Of a DNA stretch of 64,000 nt, positions 62,974 through 64,000 are shown piece after piece. The stretch is from Carcharhinus amblyrhynchos (taxonomy: Eukaryota). The position numbers and the translations under genes were made by a program. The number at the start of each line of letters is the position of its first letter. Position 1 is the first letter of the stretch. The notes below the pieces were generated by a model. The model searched no databases, was not told the DNA's origin, and saw only the letters and a list, made by a program, of their open reading frames with translations. The stretch spans positions 41,912,001 to 41,976,000 of the forward strand of contig OZ336889.1 in NCBI GenBank assembly GCA_965287045.1, in the 5' to 3' direction.

Positions 62974-63177
62974 CTGGAAGTTCTTAATGTTACTGATGGT
63001 TTTGGCTGATGTTCCCTCAACAAATGGAGACTTCCCGTAAATCATTTCATAAGCAATCACCCCTAGCGACCACCAGTCACATTCCACACCGTATGAAGAA
63101 CATCCATCTCCGTTCACCGCAGTCAGTACTTCAGGAGCCATGAAATCTGGTGTACCAACTGATAGCTTTGAACTAAC
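62974..63177 (-). CDS. CIT: CIT exon, kinase subdomains VIII-X ([18 protein letters not shown]...[19 protein letters not shown]...KNFQ), 204 nt
   Basis: Acceptor cag|GTT, donor CAG|gtttgt; phase 0-0; AGC kinase motifs; overlaps ORF 62938..63141. Confidence 0.96.
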
Positions 63178-63539
63178 CTGTCAGAGGCAAAAGAAAACAT
63201 GTATATTAAAGCAGATAAAACCAAATAACTAGAACTAATAACCAGGTAACTGCATTTGTTTCATTCTTCAGTGCTGTAAAAATTACCAAGAGTTGATAGT
63301 TTAATGCTGCAGGTAGTTAATTTACATTGTGTAGTATATATGTGGAAGTTGTTCAACTTACATCATACAACAGCACCGGAACATTATTGCTCTTTTAAAC
63401 ATCATACTGAAAACGAGTTGGAACAAAAGGAATTCAATATTTGTAATGGCTTTAATTCCTCTAATGAAAGTAAATATAATACAAACAATAGATGCGAGTT
63501 ATTTCATATTTTGGAGACCACATGCCTCAAGAATTAAAA

Positions 63540-63945
63540 ACCAATCGCCCATGAACGAAGCCCAGTCCATCATGCAAACTGCCTCCCATCCATTAACTGT
63601 CTTCATTTCTTGCTGCCTTGGAAAAGCAGCCAGCATAATCAAGGACCCCCCACAGCCCAGGCATTCTCTCTTCCACTTTGTTCTGTCTGGAAAAAGATAC
63701 AAAAGTCTAAAGTCACATACCAACCGACTTAAGAACAGCTTCTTCCCTGCTGCCACCAGACCTTTGAATGGACCTACCTTATGTTTACTTGATCTTTCTC
63801 TACAATCTAGTTATGATTGCAACACTACATTCTGCACTCTTTTTTGCTTCCCTATGAACAGTTTGCTTTGTCTGTATAGCACACAAGGAACAATATATTT
63901 CCCTGTATACTAATACATGTGACAATAATTAATCAAATCAAATCA
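63540..63945 (+). mobile_element. Rex/Babar-like LINE 3' end
   Basis: CLGKAASIIKDPPQPRHSLF..SGKRYKSLKSHTNRLKNSFFPAA; (AATCA)n tail. Confidence 0.82.
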
Positions 63946-64000
63946 TCGCTGCATCTTGCAGAGGAACATTTCACTGTCACTTCTTTAACTCCAAAAAAGT

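Larger units (their letters stand above)
744..63177 (-). other. CIT: CIT (citron Rho-interacting kinase) gene, partial; continues beyond both window ends
   Basis: 14 minus-strand exons with GT-AG boundaries and consistent phases splice to 1781 nt of open frame. The translation matches CIT motifs recalled from mammals (GTPDx[12 protein letters not shown]-SDDDx[50 protein letters not shown]). Confidence 0.97.

Overview
Eukaryotic, repeat-rich vertebrate DNA, most likely a shark (inferred from HE1-like V-SINEs and CR1/L2/Rex-Babar/Penelope repeat content). The whole window lies inside one minus-strand gene, citron Rho-interacting kinase (CIT). I traced 14 coding exons (63177 down to 744) with canonical GT-AG sites and continuous phase; they give about 593 codons from the kinase activation loop through the AGC tail into the coiled coil. 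The introns hold a young CR1 LINE 3' half with an intact RT frame, a decayed Neptune-type Penelope element with an inverted terminal repeat, and two ~210-230 bp Penelope-derived fold-back insertions with hammerhead ribozyme cores and 12-15 bp target-site duplications (TSDs). They also hold a decayed L1, L2, Rex/Babar and pogo/Harbinger relics, many SINEs, a 199-bp local inverted duplication and a repeat with two U2-snRNA-like 5' ends. No prokaryotic system or CRISPR array is present. The best leads are the hammerhead hairpin elements, the U2-like repeat and a CpG-rich candidate internal start for a kinase-less CIT isoform. Coordinates were counted by hand; repeat boundaries without TSDs are approximate.
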